Shown: one piece after another, positions 8,582 through 18,020 of the stretch
Numbering within the stretch: the first letter of the stretch is position 1
Layout of the letters: every line of letters starts with the position of its first letter
Assembly: GCA_963665325.3 (NCBI GenBank)
Contig: OZ224045.1
Span: 1,696,001 to 1,760,000, forward strand
Origin: Alphaproteobacteria bacterium
Lineage (GTDB): Bacteria > Pseudomonadota > Alphaproteobacteria > Bin95
Direction: 5' to 3'
DNA length: 64,000 bases
Program-made: the position numbers and the translations under genes
Notes under the pieces: generated by a model
The model's database searches: none
What the model saw: only the letters and a program-made list of their open reading frames with translations
What the model was told of the DNA's origin: nothing

Positions 8582-10636
8582 ATGGCAGCATCGGGCGTCG
8601 ATCCAATTACCCTGGAAGTCGTGACCGAAGGGCTGATCGCGATCGTGAGGGAAATGCGGGCGACCATCATCCGGGCGTCCTATTCGTCCGTGATCCATGA
8701 GTTCGACGACTTCTCCTGTGCGCTCTTCGATGCGGACGGCCAAATGGTGGCGCAGTCGTGGGACCATCCGGGCCATGTCCTGCCTTTGCCATGGGGTGTG
8801 GGCTGTGCGCTCGAGGACTTTCGGGACGACCTGAAGCCCGGCGATGCGGTGCTGTTGAACGATCCCTATCGCGGCGGCACCCATCTCAACGATGTCACAC
8901 TGCTCTTTCCGGTGTTCGATGACAGCGGAGCCCTGATGGTCTTTCCGGCGGTCCGGGCCCACTGGGTCGATGTCGGCGGCATGGTGCCGGGCAGCTATTC
9001 GGGTCTTTCGACCAATATCTACCAGGAAGGCGTGCGGATTCCGCCGATCAAGATCGTCGAGGAAGGGCGGGTCAATCGCGCCGCGATGACGCTGCTGATG
9101 GCGAACATGCGGGTACCGGAGGAACGTGAAGGCGACCTCAATGCCTCTTTCGGAGCGTGCAGGATCGCCGAACAGCGCATCCGGCGGCTTTACGCCAAGT
9201 ATGGCGGCGACTGTGTGAAAGATTGCATCGGGACCCATCTCGACCGCACCGAACGACGCCTGCGTGAGCGGATTGCCGAACTGCCGGACGGTGACTACTG
9301 CTATGAGGACTATCTGGAATACTTCAATGAGGGCCGCCTCGACCCGGTGTTGATGCGTCTCAGGCTGACGGTATCGGGCGACCGGATGATCGCGGATTTC
9401 GCGGGCACCAACCCGCAGGTTCCGGGGGTGGTGAACTCGTCCCTCGCGGTTACCGGCGCCGGCGTTTTCGTGGCGATAAAGGCGACGCTCGACCCTGGCG
9501 GGGCGGTCAACCAGGGCGCCTTCAGGCCTATCGAGCTGCGCGCGCCGGAGGCGTCCATCGCCGATGTTCGCCACGACGCGCCGGCGGGCGCTCACGGCGA
9601 GGTTCGCAAACGCGCCGTCTCGGTCACGCTGGGCGCCCTGTCGCAGATCGTCCCGGACCGGGTCTCGGGGGATCTCTGCGGCACCTCGTTTCCCAATGCC
9701 ATCGGCGGGTTCAACAAGAGGCGAGACCGGCAATATGTCTATTACGAGGCCCCGGCCGGCGGGAACGGGGGATTCCTGCAGCATGACGGCCCGAGCGCCA
9801 TGGTTAACGTCGACTTCGGCAACCTGCCCTCGGTGCAGACCGCCGAGTCCATCGAAAACGAGATGCCGCTGCTGGTAGAGCGTTGCGAGCTGCGCACCGA
9901 TTCCGGAGGGCCGGGCGCCAGCCGCGGCGGGCTCGGCATGCGCCGCGAGGTGCGCCTGCTGGATGACGAGGGCAGTTACTCGGTGCTCAGCGACCGGGCC
10001 GTGATTCCTCCCTTCGGCGTCCTCGGTGGCGGCAGCGCGGCACCCTACATCGTCTCGGTGGTCCGCGACGGCGTGGAAACCGGTTTCTCTACACCGGGCA
10101 AGGTAACGGGCCATGCGATTCGCCGCGATGACACCGTGGTCATGCGTTCGGCCGGGGGCGGCGGTTACGGTGACCCACTGACCCGCAATCCGGTTTCGGT
10201 TCGCCGGGACGTCTCCGAGGGCCTCGTCAGCCGGACCTGTGCAGCCGATGTTTACGGGGTCGTGCTCGACGATGACGGGGAGGTCGACACCGCGGCAAGC
10301 GATGCCGCGCGAGAGGCGCTCGCGGCGGCCCGCTACCGGGCCCGGGTTGTGGCCGACGATGCCCACGATCCCTATGTCGGTATCAGGGGACGGCGCCGGA
10401 CGGTTCGGTTGTCGCCGGCGATGGCGGCCCGGATCGGGGTCGCCAACGACGATCTGACCGAGCTGATGGGCGCCAACCCGGCGCCGCTTCGCGCCTGGGT
10501 CGCGGTCGATGCCGACCATGTCGAGGACACCGTCATGCTCGATCCGTTCGGCCGCAAGGCGCTCGGCGTCGATCATGGCGACACGGTGGTCCTGAGGGCT
10601 GTGCCCACGCCCGAGGTCCCCGGAGGGCTTGCCTGA
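8582..10636 (+). CDS. hyuB: Hydantoinase B/oxoprolinase family protein with C-terminal extension
   Basis: DPITLEV, NDPYRGGTHLND, HWVDVGG, EGVRIPP, SAGGGGYGDP; 3 bp after hyuA. Confidence 0.92.
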   Translation: MAASGVDPITLEVVTEGLIAIVREMRATIIRASYSSVIHEFDDFSCALFDADGQMVAQSWDHPGHVLPLPWGVGCALEDFRDDLKPGDAVLLNDPYRGGTHLNDVTLLFPVFDDSGALMVFPAVRAHWVDVGGMVPGSYSGLSTNIYQEGVRIPPIKIVEEGRVNRAAMTLLMANMRVPEEREGDLNASFGACRIAEQRIRRLYAKYGGDCVKDCIGTHLDRTERRLRERIAELPDGDYCYEDYLEYFNEGRLDPVLMRLRLTVSGDRMIADFAGTNPQVPGVVNSSLAVTGAGVFVAIKATLDPGGAVNQGAFRPIELRAPEASIADVRHDAPAGAHGEVRKRAVSVTLGALSQIVPDRVSGDLCGTSFPNAIGGFNKRRDRQYVYYEAPAGGNGGFLQHDGPSAMVNVDFGNLPSVQTAESIENEMPLLVERCELRTDSGGPGASRGGLGMRREVRLLDDEGSYSVLSDRAVIPPFGVLGGGSAAPYIVSVVRDGVETGFSTPGKVTGHAIRRDDTVVMRSAGGGGYGDPLTRNPVSVRRDVSEGLVSRTCAADVYGVVLDDDGEVDTAASDAAREALAAARYRARVVADDAHDPYVGIRGRRRTVRLSPAMAARIGVANDDLTELMGANPAPLRAWVAVDADHVEDTVMLDPFGRKALGVDHGDTVVLRAVPTPEVPGGLA

Positions 10637-10659
10637 TACCGGCGGTCGTCGATCGGAAC

Positions 10660-10716
10660 CGATGGCGGCCGGGACGGCGCGGCCGGGCTGCGGGACCTCC
10701 GGCGAGATGTCATGAG
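10660..10716. repeat. Dispersed non-coding repeat element, copy 1 left part (split by IS110)
   Basis: GGCGCGGCCGGGCTGCGGGACCTCCGGCGAGATGTCATGAG aligns with GGCGTCGCCGGGCGACGATGACCCCTCGGAATTGTCATGAA at ~49657-49698. Confidence 0.7.
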
Positions 10717-10799
10717 CACCCACCCGCGCGGGGCGTGGGCCCTGTCGCGCAAGTAACGGGGCCTTGTGGCCTTGGCGGCGGTGTTGTGATTTGAGGTCG

Positions 10800-10975
10800 G
10801 TCTGGGGAATGGAGGCCGGAGAATCACTGGTGTGCATGTAGCGCCCGTTCATGAGCTTGGCCCGAACCACGATCGGCTTCTGTCACTGATGGCGCGGTTC
10901 GCCGCGACCTCGTTCGAGAGATTGGGCATTGTTGCGTGGTTCTTCCCCGTCCGCACCGGCACACAAAATGGGGAC
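10800..10975 (+). ncRNA. Candidate IS110 bridge RNA in the upstream non-coding end
   Basis: About 260-bp non-coding end 5' of the transposase; GCGCC/GGCGC stem enclosing TCATGAG (target match), GCGG-TTCG-CCGC hairpin, TCGAGAGA (donor-end match); boundaries approximate. Confidence 0.55.
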
Positions 10976-10979
10976 CAGC

Positions 10980-12356
10980 ATGGCGCGCAAGACCGGGAAG
11001 AGGCAGCGGTTGAGGGTTGTGAACCCGGATTGCGCCGGGATCGACATCGGTAAGGACCGTCACTTCGTGGCCGTCGATCCGGCGCGCACTTCGGACCCGG
11101 TCCGGGCGTTCGGCGGCTTCACCTGCGATCTGCGGGCGATGGCGGACTGGCTTTCGTCGTGCGGCGTGACGAAGGTGGCGATGGAGTCGACCTCGGTTTA
11201 CTGGATCCCGGTCTACGAGGTGCTGGAACGCGCCGGCTTCGAGGTGCTCCTGGTGCCCCCGCGGATGACGAAGCAGATTGCCGGTCGCAAGAGCGACGTG
11301 CTCGATTGCCAGTGGATCTGGCAGCTTCTGTCCTACGGGTTGCTGCGGGGCGCCTTCCGTCCTGGCGATGCGGTCTGCCCGCTTCGCTCCTATGTGCGCC
11401 AGATGAAGCGCCTGACTGAAGACCGCTCGCGCTGCGTGCAGCACATGCAGAAGGCGCTGACCGAGATGAATGTCCGGCTGGACTCGGCGATCGCCGACAT
11501 CACGGGGCAGACCGGCATGAAGATCCTGCGGGCGATCGTCGACGGCGAACGCGACCCGCAGCGCCTGGCATCGTTCCGGCACCGGCGGATCAAGGCCAGC
11601 GCGGACACAATCGCCGCGAGCCTGGAAGGCACCTGGCGCGAGGAGCATCTCTTCGCCCTGGAGCAGGCCGTGCAGCGCTATGACTTCCTCGACCGGCAGA
11701 TCGAGGACTGCGAGGCGCGGATCGCGGAGCAGATCGACGATCTGACGCCACCGGACGGGCCGGGCGGCGGTGACGCATCCCACGAAACACTCCGCGCGGT
11801 CGGCCCCATGACCGACAAGGCGTTGACCGTGGCCCTGACCGCCATGATGGGCACCGACCTGACCGCGATCCCGACCATCGGTCCCGGAACCGCTCTGACG
11901 ATCGCTTCCGAGATCGGCCCGGACTTCTCCGCCTTCCCTTCCGCCCAACACTTCTGCTCCTGGCTGGGGGTGGCGCCGGGCACCAGGATCAGCGGCGGCA
12001 AGCCTTTGCCGGGCCGGACGCACAAGGTGGTCAACCCGGTCGGACAGGCCCTGCGCATGGCAGCCATGTCGGCACGAAGGAGCCAGACCTTCATCGGCGC
12101 CAAACATCGCGCCCGGCTCGCCCGAAAGGACACTCCCGTCGCGATAACCGCGACCGCCCGCGAACTGGCTTGCCTGATCTATCTGATAGTGACGCGGGGT
12201 GAGCAATATGTCGAAAAAGGCATGCAAGCCTACGAAAAACGGCGCATCGACCGTTCCCTCGCCAACCTGCGGCGCAAGGCTCGAACCCTCGGCTACCAAC
12301 TGATCCACCCCGCCCAGGACATGCAAGCGCCCGATGGTGATAGGGCCATGGCGTGA
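10980..12356 (+). CDS. IS110 family transposase/recombinase (DEDD RuvC-like plus Tnp_20)
   Basis: GIDIGKDRH, AMESTSVYW, RKSDVLDCQW, SWLGVAPGTRISGGK. Confidence 0.95.
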   Translation: MARKTGKRQRLRVVNPDCAGIDIGKDRHFVAVDPARTSDPVRAFGGFTCDLRAMADWLSSCGVTKVAMESTSVYWIPVYEVLERAGFEVLLVPPRMTKQIAGRKSDVLDCQWIWQLLSYGLLRGAFRPGDAVCPLRSYVRQMKRLTEDRSRCVQHMQKALTEMNVRLDSAIADITGQTGMKILRAIVDGERDPQRLASFRHRRIKASADTIAASLEGTWREEHLFALEQAVQRYDFLDRQIEDCEARIAEQIDDLTPPDGPGGGDASHETLRAVGPMTDKALTVALTAMMGTDLTAIPTIGPGTALTIASEIGPDFSAFPSAQHFCSWLGVAPGTRISGGKPLPGRTHKVVNPVGQALRMAAMSARRSQTFIGAKHRARLARKDTPVAITATARELACLIYLIVTRGEQYVEKGMQAYEKRRIDRSLANLRRKARTLGYQLIHPAQDMQAPDGDRAMA

Positions 12357-12376
12357 GCGTTAGTTACTCGAGAGAG

Positions 12377-12825
12377 ATGTCATGTTCTGTCATGATCGGC
12401 ATGCGCAGGGCACATGTGCTGCGGTGTGTTTCGGCATAAGGCAGCCCTCCCCGCGCTCGTCGCCCGGGCCTCGCGGCTCTTGCGTCTGTCTGCATCCGGC
12501 CCATCGTGCCCTCATTCCGTTTCGTTCCCTTTCGTTCCAATCTTCCTTCCGCCGGCGCCGCTGCGGTGGAACCCCAATTCGCGCGTATCGCATGTGCGCG
12601 GGCGCGCATGTCGGCGCCGGCGCGGTTCGCGCGCCTGATTGCGCCTGCGCGCGAAGCAAACGCAAGGCGCACGTCTCCCGTGGGTTTCAAGAGGTTTTTT
12701 TCGCGCCGGCGCCGACGCAGAAGGCATGGCGGCCTCCGGATGCCGCCTCCTTCCCTATCATTCTAGCATGGAAATTTCTGGGTCAAGCAGTTTTGGGAAA
12801 TATTACCGGATTTTCTTGAACCATG
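12377..12825. repeat. Dispersed non-coding repeat element, copy 1 right part
   Basis: TGTCATG at 12378 and 12388; TTCGCGCGTATCGC at 12578; 31-bp core 12614-12644 identical to 50008-50038; GGTCAAGC and TTTCTTG blocks shared with copy 2. Confidence 0.85.
12760..12786 (-). promoter_or_regulatory. Putative sigma70 promoter inside repeat copy 1 (TTGACC-N12-TGc-TAGAAT)
   Basis: Reverse complement reads cTTGACCcagaaatttccaTGcTAGAAT; same geometry in copy 2. Confidence 0.55.
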
Positions 12826-12871
12826 CCCCGGTTCCGATCCACGACCGCTGGCATGACCTCTCCGTGCGGCG

Positions 12872-13636
12872 TCAGAGCGTTGCGCGCGACAGGCCGCCAT
12901 CGACAGCCAGCGTCGTGCCGGTGATGTAACGGCCGCGCGGGGAGGTCAGGAACGCCACGGCGGCGGCAACCTCTTCGGCGTCGCCCAGGCGGCCGAGAGG
13001 AATATCGCGGATCAGCTCGTTCATCTCGTCCGCCGACTGTTCGGCGACCAGGCGTAGTCTGGGCGTGTCGATCAGGCCCGGCGCGAGGGTGTTAATCGTG
13101 ATTTCCGGCGCGAGTTCGCGCGACAGGGTCTTGGCCAGACCGATAACGCCGGCCCAGGTGGCGACGGAGAGTCCGAAACCGGCTATCGGCTGAATCGCCG
13201 ACAATGCCGTTATGTTCACGATGCTGCCGGCGCCGCGTGCCTTCATGTGTGGAACGGCCGCCCGGATGCACCGGACCACGCTCATCAGGTTGCGGTCCAC
13301 GGCACGGCGCCAGGCATCGTCATCGAGTTCCGTGAAGAATCCCAGCGGCGGCGCGCCGTCGTTGTTGACCAGGATGTCCAGGCCGCCGAAATGCGCGACC
13401 GCCTCGCCGACGATCCGCTCGCAGTCTTCGGCCCGGCGGATGTCGCCCTGTATGGCGAGAAGCTCGCCGCCCGTGGTCCGCGCTATGTCTTCGTAGGCGG
13501 CGCCGAGCGCCGGTTCGCGCCGGGCTGAAATCGCGACCCGCGCTCCTTCATCGGCAAGTGTCCTGGCGATCGCGAACCCGATGCCCTGGCTCGCTCCGTT
13601 GACGATGGCGACCTTGCCTTCGAGCCCGAGGTCCAC
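12872..13636 (-). CDS. SDR family oxidoreductase
   Basis: NGASQGIG Rossmann motif, LVNNDG, PGLIDT, GRYITGTTLAVDGG; canonical YxxxK replaced (SVATW). Confidence 0.9.
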   Translation of the reverse strand: MDLGLEGKVAIVNGASQGIGFAIARTLADEGARVAISARREPALGAAYEDIARTTGGELLAIQGDIRRAEDCERIVGEAVAHFGGLDILVNNDGAPPLGFFTELDDDAWRRAVDRNLMSVVRCIRAAVPHMKARGAGSIVNITALSAIQPIAGFGLSVATWAGVIGLAKTLSRELAPEITINTLAPGLIDTPRLRLVAEQSADEMNELIRDIPLGRLGDAEEVAAAVAFLTSPRGRYITGTTLAVDGGLSRATL

Positions 13637-13637
13637 G

Positions 13638-14495
13638 TCAATGTCCGAACATGGCGAGGAAATTTTCGGCGTTGCGGTAATTCACCTTTTCCATCACCTC
13701 GTCGGAAAAGCCCAACCCGCGCCAGTCGGCGATCAGGCGTTCATAGCTCAGCAACGGGTAGTCCGCACCGAACATGACCCGGTCCTTGAGGCGCCGGGGA
13801 ATCTCGTACTTCAGGTCTTCGGAATAGTAGCGGGGCGACCAGCCATGCAATTCGTACCAGACATTGGCCATGTGGATGAGGACGGCGATCATTTCCGTTT
13901 GCCACGGCCAGGCTGGACGGCCCGCGAGAATTTTCAGGTCCGGATACCGGGCCGCCACATGGTCCAGATGGCGGGGATGGCAGTGATCGAGCAAAATCCC
14001 GTTGCCGCCGGGAAAGCCGGAACCCAGACCGGTCGTGCCAACGAACACGAGCGCCGGGACGTTGGCTTCGATACACAGGCCATAGAAGGGATCGTAGGCA
14101 GGATCGCTCGCCGGCACGCCGCCGGAACCTGAGACCGCCAGACCCACGAAACCGTTGCCGTCGGCAATGCAGCGCTCGAATTCGCGCCGCGCTTCCGCTC
14201 CGCTCTCGGGCTGGAAATGGAACCAGTTGCCGATAATCGCGTCCGAAAACCGCCGCTGCGTATCGAAGGCATAGTCGTGTAGCTCGCGAGCCTCCGGGAC
14301 GGGCACAAACTTGGTGAAGCCGAAATCGAGCACGACCCGGACCCCGGCCTGCCGGAAGTCTTCGGCCATTTCCTCTTCGGTCGCGTAACCCGGCTCGGAG
14401 CGCCAGGTGTGTCCCTGTTTTGCCAGCTCGGCCTCGGTCTGCAGGACATAGCCGCGCCGCGTCTTCCAGTGGGAATGCATGTCGATGTAGCGCAT
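13638..14495 (-). CDS. Amidohydrolase_2 family protein
   Basis: IDMHSH metal motif, AWPWQTE, VMFGADYP. Confidence 0.88.
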   Translation of the reverse strand: MRYIDMHSHWKTRRGYVLQTEAELAKQGHTWRSEPGYATEEEMAEDFRQAGVRVVLDFGFTKFVPVPEARELHDYAFDTQRRFSDAIIGNWFHFQPESGAEARREFERCIADGNGFVGLAVSGSGGVPASDPAYDPFYGLCIEANVPALVFVGTTGLGSGFPGGNGILLDHCHPRHLDHVAARYPDLKILAGRPAWPWQTEMIAVLIHMANVWYELHGWSPRYYSEDLKYEIPRRLKDRVMFGADYPLLSYERLIADWRGLGFSDEVMEKVNYRNAENFLAMFGH

Positions 14496-14530
14496 CGGGA
14501 TGTCCTCGATTCGGGGCGGCGGCGGCGATT

Positions 14531-16174
14531 TCAGCGCTCGCCGTCCGCCAGGCGGCTGCGGGCCATGTCGGCAAGCGGCTGCTTCTGCACCTTGCCGGTC
14601 GGCGTTCTCGGGAGGTCGTCGTAGATCTGCAGGTATTCCGGCAGCTTGTAGGTCGCGATCTTGCCTCTCAGGAATTCGATCAACGCCTCGAATGTTACGG
14701 TCTCGCCGGTCCGCGGCACGATGCAGGCGCAGACGCGCTCTCCAAGCCGGGGATCGGGAACGCCGACAATCGCAGCGTCGAGGATGCCCGGATGCTGGTA
14801 GAGCACTTCCTCGATCTCCCGGGGATAGATGTTCGCGCCGCCCCGTATGAGCATTTCCTTCGTGCGCCCCACGATCTGCAGATTGCCCATGGCGTCGAAG
14901 CAGCCCTGGTCGCCCGTGTGAAACCAGCCATCGGCGGTAAAGCTTTCGCCATTGGCCGCGGGATTGTTGTAGTAGCCGACGGTGACCGACGGGCCCGCGG
15001 TCAGGATCTCTCCGACGCCGCCGGCCGGAACATCCGAACCGTCCTCACCCACCACCCGGATGTCCATCTCCGGCACCGGCCGGCCCACGGTGCCGCAAAC
15101 CTCGGCCGGATCGTCGGTCAACAGGGTATGAGCCTGGGTGCCGCATTCGAGCATGCCGTACATTTCAAGCAAATGGCCGGGCATGCGGGCTTCCACTTCC
15201 CGGATAACCTCTATGGGACAGGAGGCGCCGCCCGTCATGACCACCTGCAGGCTGGCGAGGTCGTAGCTTTCGAAATCCGGCGCATTCAGCATTGCGACCA
15301 GATGGGCCGGCGCGCAGCAGAAATGCGTTACCCGCTCGCCGGCGATCAGCGCCAGCGCCTCGTCGGCCCTGAAGATATCCTGAAGAATGACGCGGCAACC
15401 GGCGTCGATTGCCTGCAGAACATTGAACAGGCCCCAGTTCAAACCGACCGGGAGAAATACCAGCAGCACGCTATCGGCCCCGATGCGCTGGCCGCGGTTC
15501 AGGAATTTCAGGGCGCAGTTGGTCGTGTTGTGAGTATGGAGCACCGCTTTCGGATTTCCCGTGGTGCCGGAGGTGAAGGCCGTCCGCGCCAATTGGTCGG
15601 CGGCGGGTCGGCGGGCGCCCAGAGCGCCTGCCGGCAATTCCGGATCGTCGTCGGCTTGGAGGAAGGCGCGAAGGTCGAAATATCCCTCCGGCACACCGTC
15701 GCCGACCACCATGACATGTTCCAGATGCGGCAGCTTCGCGCGGAGCGGTTCGATCATGGGGAGATAGTCGAAGTCCCGGTGGCGATTCGGAACGACCAGC
15801 GCCGACGCCTCGGTAAAGCCCAGGATGAATTCGACCTCGCGACTGCGGAAGTCGCTGTGGTACTGGCAGAAGGGTATGCCCGCCAGCATCGCGGCATTCA
15901 CGGCGATGGCGAACTCGTTCCAGTTGGGCAACTGGACCGCAATCACATCGTCGGATGTGAGCCCCATCGCCACGAGCCGGGCGGCCAGCCGCTGCACCTG
16001 CCGGAGATAGGTGCGATAGTCGAGCCTGCCGCACCTGTCCTGCAGCGCAAGCCGTTCGGGCGCGCCGCCGGCCGCAGCTTCCAGCCAGTCATTGCTGGTC
16101 GTCTCCCTCCAGTATCCGGCTTCGCGGTACTCCGCCATGCGGGAGGCCGGAATGTACGGCTCGTCAATGCGCAC
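14531..16174 (-). CDS. AMP-binding acyl-CoA ligase (cyclohexanecarboxylate-CoA ligase-like)
   Basis: FTSGTTGNPK, YGMLE, FHTGD, GRTKEMLIRGG, PTGKVQK. Confidence 0.92.
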   Translation of the reverse strand: MRIDEPYIPASRMAEYREAGYWRETTSNDWLEAAAGGAPERLALQDRCGRLDYRTYLRQVQRLAARLVAMGLTSDDVIAVQLPNWNEFAIAVNAAMLAGIPFCQYHSDFRSREVEFILGFTEASALVVPNRHRDFDYLPMIEPLRAKLPHLEHVMVVGDGVPEGYFDLRAFLQADDDPELPAGALGARRPAADQLARTAFTSGTTGNPKAVLHTHNTTNCALKFLNRGQRIGADSVLLVFLPVGLNWGLFNVLQAIDAGCRVILQDIFRADEALALIAGERVTHFCCAPAHLVAMLNAPDFESYDLASLQVVMTGGASCPIEVIREVEARMPGHLLEMYGMLECGTQAHTLLTDDPAEVCGTVGRPVPEMDIRVVGEDGSDVPAGGVGEILTAGPSVTVGYYNNPAANGESFTADGWFHTGDQGCFDAMGNLQIVGRTKEMLIRGGANIYPREIEEVLYQHPGILDAAIVGVPDPRLGERVCACIVPRTGETVTFEALIEFLRGKIATYKLPEYLQIYDDLPRTPTGKVQKQPLADMARSRLADGER

Positions 16175-16180
16175 CGGATC

Positions 16181-17827
16181 TCACCTCGCTGCGGCAGCCG
16201 GGGTTTGCCCCGCGCGCCTGCCGGCGACTTCGGCGGCGAGACGGTGGCGCTGCAACTTGCCTGTCGGCGTGAAGGGCAGCGCTTCGAATATCTCGAGAGC
16301 TTCGGGCAGCTTGTATGTCGCGACCTTGCCGTCCAGCAGCGCGGTCATTTCTTCCAGTGTCACGGTGTGCCCCCGGCGCGGCACGACGCACAGACAGTTG
16401 CGCTCGCCGAGCCTGGGGTCGGGCATGCCGATTACCGCGGCATGCAGGACCTTGGGGCTGGCATAGAGAATCTCCTCGATTTCGCGGGGATGGAATTTCT
16501 TGCCGCCGCGATTGACGAGCTCCTTGCTGCGGCCCGAGATAACGAGGTTGCCGTTGCTGTCCACATGGCCGATATCGCCTGTCCGGAACCAGCCATCGGC
16601 AGTGAAGGCGGCGGCATTGGCGGCCTGGTTGTTGTGGTAGCCGAGATGGATCGACGGTCCGCGGCCCGCAATTTCCCCCGTTTCGCCGGGCGCAACATCC
16701 CGGTCGGCATCGTCGAGGATACGCAGGCCGAGGCCGGTGGCCAGCCGGCCGACCGTGCCGCTGACGGCTTCGGGATCGTCGTCCGGGCGCGTGTAGCTGT
16801 GAAAGCCTGACTCCAGCATGCCGTAAAGCTCAATGAAATCGCCAGGCATCCTGGCCCGGTATTCCCGAATTGTATCCACCGGACACGAAGCTCCGCCGCT
16901 CACCACCTGCCGCAGGGAGGAGAGGTCGGTCCGGTCCAGCTCCGGGGCATTGAGGAGTTCGATGATCGCGGCCGGGGCCGTGGGAATGTTCGTTACCCCT
17001 TCCGACTCGATGAGTGCCAGGGCCCCGGCTGCGGAAAACCGGTCCAGCAGCACGGCGCGGGCGCCCGCGATCACGGTCTGCAACAATGCGAGATAGCCCC
17101 AGTTCAGGCCGAGCGGCAGGTAGAGCAGCAACACGTCCTCCGCGCCGACCCCGAGGTCGAGGTTCTGAATACGCGCTGCCGACAATGTCGTCTCATGGCT
17201 GTGGATCACCGCTTTCGGATTGCCGGTGGTGCCGGAGGTAAAGGCCATCCGGAAAATCTCGTCGGGCTCCATGGTTTCCGGCACGAGGCCTGCCGCAGAC
17301 GCGCGCCCTGCGATTGCATCCGCAAGCGAAACCGTGTCAGCCCCGACCGCCGCGTCGGTGCAGGCGACAAGGCGGAGCATGGGGAGAGACGGGCGCAGTT
17401 CGCGGATCATCTGCACATGGTCGAAGCCGCGAAAGCGGCCCGGGCAAATGAAGGCCGCGCTTTGAGAGAATTCGAGTATGAAGGCGAGTTCCCGCGCGCG
17501 AAAATCGGTGCTCACCTGGACGGCAACGGCGCCGAGGCGTTCGACGGCGAAGAAGGCGCAGGCGAAATCTATCCAGTTGGGAAGCTGGATGGTGACGACA
17601 TCCCGGCGCGCGATTCCGCGGGCCTGCAGAATTGCGGCCACGGCGTCGATGCGCTCGGCCAGTTCCCGGTATGTGACGCGCTGGCGACCGTCACACAGCG
17701 CCTCGCGTTCCGGATGCTGGCGGGCCCGGCGGGTCAGGATGTCGTGGAAGGTTTCGCCTTGCCAGAACCCGGCATCGCGGTAGGTCCGTACCATCTCGCC
17801 GGTCAGACGTGTTTCGAAGGCGACCAT
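16181..17827 (-). CDS. AMP-binding acyl-CoA ligase (paralog of neighbour)
   Basis: FTSGTTGNPK, YGMLE, FRTGD, GRSKELVNRGG, PTGKLQR; start MVAFETRL assumed. Confidence 0.92.
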   Translation of the reverse strand: MVAFETRLTGEMVRTYRDAGFWQGETFHDILTRRARQHPEREALCDGRQRVTYRELAERIDAVAAILQARGIARRDVVTIQLPNWIDFACAFFAVERLGAVAVQVSTDFRARELAFILEFSQSAAFICPGRFRGFDHVQMIRELRPSLPMLRLVACTDAAVGADTVSLADAIAGRASAAGLVPETMEPDEIFRMAFTSGTTGNPKAVIHSHETTLSAARIQNLDLGVGAEDVLLLYLPLGLNWGYLALLQTVIAGARAVLLDRFSAAGALALIESEGVTNIPTAPAAIIELLNAPELDRTDLSSLRQVVSGGASCPVDTIREYRARMPGDFIELYGMLESGFHSYTRPDDDPEAVSGTVGRLATGLGLRILDDADRDVAPGETGEIAGRGPSIHLGYHNNQAANAAAFTADGWFRTGDIGHVDSNGNLVISGRSKELVNRGGKKFHPREIEEILYASPKVLHAAVIGMPDPRLGERNCLCVVPRRGHTVTLEEMTALLDGKVATYKLPEALEIFEALPFTPTGKLQRHRLAAEVAGRRAGQTPAAAAR

Positions 17828-18020
17828 CTGCACCCTGGGGCAATTCATGCGCAGGTCCGCCAGCTTGGACGAAGTGCCTCCGGCCCACAAGGCGAACGGC
17901 TGGCGTTAGCGCCCGAATATGGACAGTTGCTTTTGTCTCGTGCCGGGCACAACAATGGCGTGATCGGAAAGCCTTGGCGCCCTGGGCCGGGGCACCGGAC
18001 ATACTGAACGGGAGAGGACT

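Larger units (their letters stand above)
10717..12376 (+). mobile_element. IS110-family insertion sequence (~1.66 kb)
   Basis: IS110 transposase; GAG at both junctions (10714-10716 and 12374-12376); removing it restores ATGTCATGAGATGTCATG, as seen in the empty copy at 49699-49716; no terminal IRs. Confidence 0.88.

Noticed and set aside
7034-10870. 1278-aa minus-strand ORF (and similar long antisense ORFs at 793-2802, 10824-12326, 14420-16810, 30799-32370, 37654-39219)
   Set aside because: Shadow frames opposite well-supported genes in high-GC DNA; no recognisable motifs
12364-12929. Small ORFs across the repeat element (also 49694-50271), e.g. shared AGAVRAPDCA or QSGARTAPA peptides
   Set aside because: Starts, stops and lengths differ between copies; peptide identity simply reflects the nucleotide-identical core, although a small peptide cannot be fully excluded
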